In this document: positions 16,220 to 21,220 of the stretch, piece by piece
Position numbering within the stretch: the stretch's first letter is position 1
Layout: the number at the start of each line of letters is the position of its first letter
Assembly (NCBI GenBank): GCA_016840465.1
Contig: JAEOSH010000040.1
Location: 1-21,220 of the forward strand
Direction of reading: 5' to 3'
Length of the DNA: 21,220 nt
Origin: Candidatus Baldrarchaeum yapensis
GTDB lineage: Archaea; Asgardarchaeota; Baldrarchaeia; Baldrarchaeales; Baldrarchaeaceae
Program-made: the position numbers and the translations under genes
Notes under the pieces: model-generated
The model's database searches: none
Told to the model about the DNA's origin: nothing
What the model saw: the letters and a program-made list of their open reading frames with translations, nothing else

Positions 16220-17524
16220 TTATATTTTGAACCACATGTTGCGTATTTCGAAGTCGTGATGGCCTAGTTTTTCTGCTTTGCAGGGTCGTCCGGAGAGTAC
16301 ATCAATAAGGTAAGGCCATATGTGCTCGAGTGTCACCTGCCTGAGCGACTTCCCGTCCGAGAATATTTCCTCGACGGGTATGTATACATCTATGAAATCC
16401 CTAAGGTTTTCATAGGTCTCCCTGTTCGCCGTGACCTTTATCACTGGCGCAACGGGGGATCCCGTCGGTGTTCCCAGCCCGGTTGTAAAGATGACCGCGT
16501 GCGCTCCTCCCGCAACCATTCCGGTGATGCAACAGATGTCATGACCCGGGGTGTCCATAAAGTAGAGTCCGCCATTTCTCGGGATCTTTTTTGCATACCG
16601 CAGGACGTCTTTCAGTTCGATCTTTTTGTTGTGCCCTATCTTCAGGATTGTCCCTATGGACTTTTCCGCGAGCGTCGATATTCCACTTCGAATGTTTCCG
16701 GGAGTGGGATCCGCAATACCGAGGTATTCCTGAACGCCTTCCTTAAGCACCACGGTGGTTTCTATGAGCCTTTTCAGTTTATAGCGCACGTAATCTCTCT
16801 TCGCCCTCTCGAAGAGATAATCCTCGGCGCCTATCACCTCTATCGACTGACCAAACACGACGGTTCCTCCCCTGCTGATGAACTCGTCCACCACGTGCCC
16901 CACTCCCGGATTTGCAAATAATCCCGACGTCGGGTCGGATGCGCCGTTCCCCACACCTATCACGATCCTATCGAGGGAGCATTCGACTCTCTTCATTCGC
17001 CGGGCCTCATCGACAAGTTTCTCGACGACCCTTATTCCTATCCTCACCGCTCTCTCCTCTCCGGTCAACTCCCCGTCCTCCTTTCTTGCCAGAGGATGAT
17101 GCCTTTCCTGCACGTTGACCCAGTAGACCTTTACGCTTCTCTTTAACAGCCTATCATAGAGCCGGAACTTCTCCAAGTTCTCAGTCGGATCCTCGCCTCT
17201 TCGCAAAACTCCCTTACACATCTGTCCGCAGCCAAGACTTACAAGGAGGACCGCGTAGACGTTCGGGTGTGATGCCGTTCCTAACAGTGCATCAAATACT
17301 ATTTCCTGGTCGAACCCCACATGGCAACAACCAGAGTTGTGTAGTACCGGAACTACTCGATTTTCCTCGTATTCTCCCCATCTGACATCCTTGAATTCCT
17401 CGGCGATCCTCTCGACAACCCTGTTGACGCAGGAGGTAGTGGGCAGAATCAGTACGTGGTTGCGGATGCCGTAAACCCGCCTTTCGGGTCTTTTATATGC
17501 AAGGCACCTGTCCCTCAAACTCAT
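16220..17524 (-). CDS. UxaA/GarD/SuyB-family hydro-lyase, large (catalytic) subunit
   Basis: GIRNHVLILPT, HNSGC, HPNV, SDPTSGLFANP, PTPGN...LAEKSIG, FMDTPG and FTTGLGTPTG motifs. ATG 17524 overlaps the upstream stop (ATGA). Confidence 0.9.
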   Translation of the reverse strand: MSLRDRCLAYKRPERRVYGIRNHVLILPTTSCVNRVVERIAEEFKDVRWGEYEENRVVPVLHNSGCCHVGFDQEIVFDALLGTASHPNVYAVLLVSLGCGQMCKGVLRRGEDPTENLEKFRLYDRLLKRSVKVYWVNVQERHHPLARKEDGELTGEERAVRIGIRVVEKLVDEARRMKRVECSLDRIVIGVGNGASDPTSGLFANPGVGHVVDEFISRGGTVVFGQSIEVIGAEDYLFERAKRDYVRYKLKRLIETTVVLKEGVQEYLGIADPTPGNIRSGISTLAEKSIGTILKIGHNKKIELKDVLRYAKKIPRNGGLYFMDTPGHDICCITGMVAGGAHAVIFTTGLGTPTGSPVAPVIKVTANRETYENLRDFIDVYIPVEEIFSDGKSLRQVTLEHIWPYLIDVLSGRPCKAEKLGHHDFEIRNMWFKI

Positions 17525-18102
17525 CCCCTCGTGAAGCTTATCAGCCCGCATCTTATCATCTTATAGAACTCTTTTACGAGTTCCCTGTACTTGGGGTTCC
17601 ATCCGTACTTTGTTGGCATTTCTATGAGGTTTCCGAGCCATATTTCCTCTCCCTCCCTGATGGTGGATGACGCCCACCCTATACGCGTGCCCTTGGGAAC
17701 CTCCTTGAGCAACTCGTGCTCTATAATCACATTCTTTCCAGCGCGAATCGCATCTCCCCTCTTTATGTTCATGGAGGCGATGCCTATCGTGAAGTTCGTG
17801 TTGACGAGTGAGAAGAAGTCGAATTTTGTGTCTAGGATAACTCTGGTTATGTGAACCACAGTACCCCTCGGTATGTCGATCGCCGCGATCCCTATCGGGA
17901 ACCCGAACTTCAGAACCTGCTCCTCCTCGCCTATGTCCGTGAGCGCAACCTTATGCCAGCGCGGCACTCTCGTTTTTAGGGTCAATTTCCCGATCACGCC
18001 TGTTCCTTCTTCCAGAACGTCACAGGTATCGCCCGGTTTGAGGTCCACAAGCGCAGTGCCAACGTTGTCCTCAGGGTGTACCTTGTAGATCACCTTAAAC
18101 AT
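17521..18102 (-). CDS. SAF (beta-clip) domain small subunit of a UxaA/SuyA-like enzyme, with an extended C-terminus
   Basis: HPEDNVGTAL, HKVAL-DI and VLKFGFPIGIA--DIPRG-VVH match the UxaA N-terminal SAF pattern. GGGGAT precedes ATG 18102, and the gene is translationally coupled to the large subunit. Confidence 0.87.
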   Translation of the reverse strand: MFKVIYKVHPEDNVGTALVDLKPGDTCDVLEEGTGVIGKLTLKTRVPRWHKVALTDIGEEEQVLKFGFPIGIAAIDIPRGTVVHITRVILDTKFDFFSLVNTNFTIGIASMNIKRGDAIRAGKNVIIEHELLKEVPKGTRIGWASSTIREGEEIWLGNLIEMPTKYGWNPKYRELVKEFYKMIRCGLISFTRG

Positions 18103-18217
18103 TTTTATCCCCAATGCAAAAATTTACGTCGTGAAATGACCGTAGGGTTATCGGGCTAGAGATAGTTCCTCGAGAGTATTAATTACCGTTTTTATCGCAG
18201 GCGCGCGGATCCCGGGA

Positions 18218-18625
18218 GTGATCATGATGGTACTGGTTAGAGCGTCGGTCGAATTTGAAGGGTTTAAGGGGAAAATTTCGGGTGTCGCCCTCGTCGATAC
18301 CGGGTCTGCGTTGACACTACTTGACAGGAGCATTGCCGATCGAATAGGAACTAGGACCATCGGGAGGAGAGTTAAGATCATAGTTGCGGATGGACATGAA
18401 ATTTTCGCGGACCTCGCGATCGTCAATAAGGTAGTCGTGGAAGGGGAGGAGTTGCCCGGCGCTCACGTTGGGCTGATGGACTTTCCCGAAAAACTTGCAA
18501 AGAGACTCAGAGAGTTGAATTTGTCCGAGTGGTGCGTTATCGGGATGTCGACCCTTGAGATATTGGGGCTATTTCCCAATACGCTGACCGGAAAGGTAGA
18601 GAAGGGGAGTGCACTCCTGATATGA
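18218..18625 (+). CDS. Retropepsin-like (clan AA) aspartyl protease
   Basis: ALVDTGSALTLL catalytic motif, ADG flap and C-terminal IGMSTLE. The start may be ATG 18224 or 18227 after GGAGTGA. Confidence 0.85.
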   Translation: MIMMVLVRASVEFEGFKGKISGVALVDTGSALTLLDRSIADRIGTRTIGRRVKIIVADGHEIFADLAIVNKVVVEGEELPGAHVGLMDFPEKLAKRLRELNLSEWCVIGMSTLEILGLFPNTLTGKVEKGSALLI

Positions 18626-18675
18626 CACGTAAGGTAGTAACGATTTATAACAAGTAAATGCATGTTATTAGGGAT

Positions 18676-19037
18676 GTGATCATCGTAGACGGGGTGACAA
18701 GCATAAAAGTCGACTCGAAGATCTGGAAAAAGGTGAAGATTTTGGGCAATAGAGGAAGGAGTAACCGTGCGGGGATCTGAAATTGTGATAAGGATTAGAG
18801 ATGGAAGTACAGGAGGAGGTTTTGAAGGTTTTAAGAGCCGAGCGCGCCTCGGGAAGAGTGTCGTTTACGATAAAAATCGATAAATCGGTGATTGAGATCG
18901 TCAGAGAGGGAGATCTTGTTGAAGCGCTTTACGTAGTGAGGGCAATTCTTCACACCTCGAGGGAACAATTCCGAGTTTGGTCTTATATATATATATCTCA
19001 ATTGGTTTTTGGCAGTATTGAACTAGAAGAAGCTTAA
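18676..19037 (+). pseudogene. Decayed RHH (VapB-like) antitoxin gene, possibly running into a toxin remnant
   Basis: VTSIKVDSKIWKKVKIL / AIEEGVTV / GDLKL**GLEMEVQEEVLKVLRAERASGRVSFTIKIDKSVIEIVREG. Extra bases at ~18745 and ~18770, stops at 18786-18791, and TTTATAA at 18644-18650. Confidence 0.6.
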
Positions 19038-19105
19038 AATGCGAAATTTGGATTAAAAATCGTATTACGTAATGATCGTTTTACGATGCACGGCGAGGTG
19101 TAAAG

Positions 19106-20143
19106 GTGGTGGGAGTGCGCATAGGTGGAAAGCTTTACGTTTCGAGGCCCATATCTGCGGGTATTTTCCTATCTTATAAGTGCTCTGGCGAGTGTAGGCA
19201 CTGCATGTACGCTTGTTCTTCCCGCTGGAGTGACGATTGGATCTCTGAGAAGGACTTGGAGGAAGTCCTCTCCCAGCTTTCGGCTTTCATTCAGCCCAGT
19301 CCTCTCGGTCCGGATAAGGTTGGGATAAACTATGGTCTCCACATTACCGGTGGAGAACCATTTCTCAAATTCAAACTTCTCTTGAAAGCCGTTAGGATCG
19401 CGCATGAACTCGGGATCCCCTCAATATTTGTTGAGACGAACTGCTTTTGGTGCACCACCGATGATATTACGAGGAAGAGGTTTTTGGAGTTGAAGGATGC
19501 GGGTTTAAACGGAGTTCTGATCAGTGTCAATCCCTTTGTGGTTGAGCACGTGCCATTTGAGAGGATCGATAGGGCAATCAGAATAGGAAGGGATATTTTC
19601 GGGGCAAACGTTCTCGTGTATCAGGAGATCTTTTATGAGCAGTTTAAGAGTCTTGGTGTTCGCGGAACCCTCTCTTTTGAGGAGTACCTACGCATGGCGG
19701 GGTTCAGAGGCTTAATGTTTGCCGAACTACTTCCCATGGGGAGAGCGTGTTACAGACTTGGCCATTTGTTTGAAAAGTTTCCAGCCAGGTATTTCTTCGG
19801 AGAGTCATGCGTTGCGGATTTGACACGTGGCTGGCATGTCCATGTCGACAATTATTGCAATTTTATGCCCGGCTACTGTGGAGGAATTTCCTTAGGTGAT
19901 GCTAGGGACCTTAACTCTATATGCGGAGGGATAGATTTGGAGGAACGCCCAATTCTCAAATTCCTCGCGAGAGATCTGAAGGAGTTATTTGAGTTTGCGG
20001 TCAAGAAGTTCGGGTACGAGGAGAGGAGGGACGGCTATGTCTCCAAGTGTCATCTCTGCCTCGATATAAGGAGACACATAGTGATGCGGACCGAAGGATT
20101 TGAGGAACTTGGTCCGAGGGAGTTTTACTTCCACTTGGAATAA
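19106..20143 (+). CDS. Radical SAM protein with C-terminal SPASM/Twitch-like Cys residues
   Basis: CSGECRHC (CxxxCxxC), ITGGEPF and VETN motifs; C-terminal SC...YC...YC...KCHLC; GAGGTG SD. Confidence 0.92.
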   Translation: MVGVRIGGKLYVSRPISAGIFLSYKCSGECRHCMYACSSRWSDDWISEKDLEEVLSQLSAFIQPSPLGPDKVGINYGLHITGGEPFLKFKLLLKAVRIAHELGIPSIFVETNCFWCTTDDITRKRFLELKDAGLNGVLISVNPFVVEHVPFERIDRAIRIGRDIFGANVLVYQEIFYEQFKSLGVRGTLSFEEYLRMAGFRGLMFAELLPMGRACYRLGHLFEKFPARYFFGESCVADLTRGWHVHVDNYCNFMPGYCGGISLGDARDLNSICGGIDLEERPILKFLARDLKELFEFAVKKFGYEERRDGYVSKCHLCLDIRRHIVMRTEGFEELGPREFYFHLE

Positions 20144-20453
20144 TGGTGAATGGTTAAGTACCTTTTCTGAGAGGTTTGAAGATCGTTTCCCAGAACTACT
20201 AATTTGTTGGAATGAGGTTATGGTGCCGTTCGGTGTTTATTCGGGGTTAGGAGGTCGACGTACCAATTTAATGCAATTATGAGGTGTATGAACGGGTTTT
20301 GAGGCCAAAAAAATGTTGTCTGAAAGTGCTTATAAGGATGGATTGCGAACACGGAGTCTGATGGATTTCCATGGGTCGATTCCTTGGCGTGCTCCATACG
20401 GCAAAAAGAGTTTAAGATCCACGTGCATATTGGCATTAGGCAGGTGAAGTGCG

Positions 20454-21220
20454 GTGCGCATGGTCCTACTTCATAGCGACTGGATAGAATTTGAACCACG
20501 TGAGAAGGCGGTTAGAGTTGCGGAGGAAACTGAGAAGAGAAGGATCAGGGTCGAAGAAGCGCTTGTCGTCATGGTCAGCGTAGAGAGGGGTGATGACGAA
20601 AAGGTTGTGGAGCGGGCTACTGACGAGATCATGGATGTCTATGAGCGGGTCAGGGCTGAGCGCATCTTGCTCTACCCATGGGCGCATCTCAGTAGCAACC
20701 TGGCGCCGCCCGATCAGGCGTTAGACATTATGAGGGCGCTGGAGCAAAAGATAAGGGAGCGGGGTGTGGAGGTTCACAGGGCTCCCTTCGGATGGTACAA
20801 GGCGTTCACCATATCCGTGAAGGGGCATCCGCTCTCCGAGTTGTCAAGGGAGGTGAGGGCGGAGGAGGTCAAGGAGGAAAAGAGGCCGGCGGTCGCGGAG
20901 CGGAAGTACGTTATAGTGACCCCGGATGGGGAGGAATTGGACCCGGAATCCGTGGATTTGTCGCAGTATAATGAGGACTTCCGCATACTCGTGAAGAAGG
21001 AGGCGCTGAAGGAGCCGTTGCCCGGAGGAGAAGCGAAGCTTGTCGAGTACCTTAGAAGGTTTGGTTTCGAGTGGGAGTCGTTTTCCGATTACGGGCATAT
21101 GAGGATGGGGCCCTATGCGGCTTTGATTTTCGATCTGGCGGCGGATTATTCGAGAATGGTTGTCCGAAAGTTGGGCATACCCATTTTTGAAGTTAAGGGA
21201 ACTGCATTTTTCAACCTTAG
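20454..21220 (+). CDS. thrS: Threonyl-tRNA synthetase, archaeal type with N-terminal editing domain (5' partial, runs off the window)
   Basis: GTG start after AGGTGA: MRMVLLHSDWIEF...YPWAHLSS...RAPFGWYKAF...KGHPLSELSR...WESFSDYGHMR. The frame is open to the window end. Not in the ORF track. Confidence 0.95.
   Translation, partial: MRMVLLHSDWIEFEPREKAVRVAEETEKRRIRVEEALVVMVSVERGDDEKVVERATDEIMDVYERVRAERILLYPWAHLSSNLAPPDQALDIMRALEQKIRERGVEVHRAPFGWYKAFTISVKGHPLSELSREVRAEEVKEEKRPAVAERKYVIVTPDGEELDPESVDLSQYNEDFRILVKKEALKEPLPGGEAKLVEYLRRFGFEWESFSDYGHMRMGPYAALIFDLAADYSRMVVRKLGIPIFEVKGTAFFNL

Noticed and set aside
20146-20450. Intergenic region before thrS as a possible pseudogene or T-box-like leader
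   Set aside because: No recognisable peptide in any frame, no stable GC-rich structure and no T-box motif.
293-21098. Most remaining ORF-track entries (e.g. 293-607, 586-1092, 1109-1738, 3192-3620, 16322-16921, 20218-21098)
   Set aside because: They are antisense or alternate-frame shadows of well-supported genes or of the ncRNA, with no motifs or RBS.

Overview
Archaeal chromosomal DNA, probably from a thermophilic TACK- or Asgard-related lineage. This is inferred from the archaeal-type ThrRS editing domain, His-type Thi4, a box C/D sRNA, TATA-like promoters and GGTGA/GGAGG ribosome-binding sites; the taxon cannot be fixed from sequence alone. I can support about 21 intact or partial CDSs: the 3' end of a radical SAM protein, an RHH protein, a DUF362 Fe-S protein, hypA, two zinc-ribbon/Cys-rich proteins, an HTH-PRTase, thi4, a GvpD/KaiC-like ATPase, a 1033-aa kinase-like + ~19-20 TPR protein, an MNT, an extended SDR, an SHMT-like PLP enzyme, a split UxaA/GarD/SuyAB-like pair, a retropepsin-like protease, a second radical SAM protein, the 5' part of thrS and three hypothetical proteins. 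The ORF track misses several things: a textbook box C/D guide RNA (2137-2185, minus); an unidentified ~150-nt GC-rich structured RNA with its own promoter (~3200-3353, minus); a full-length HEPN pseudogene with four lesions; a decayed RHH/VapB-like antitoxin; and a conserved SHMT N-terminus with no canonical start codon. I found no rRNA, tRNA, CRISPR array or intact transposase. The best novelty candidates are the unidentified ncRNA, the divergent KaiC-like ATPase/pseudokinase-TPR pair, and the motif-altered UxaA-like lyase beside a motif-altered SHMT. All family calls are from motif recognition, not database searches.
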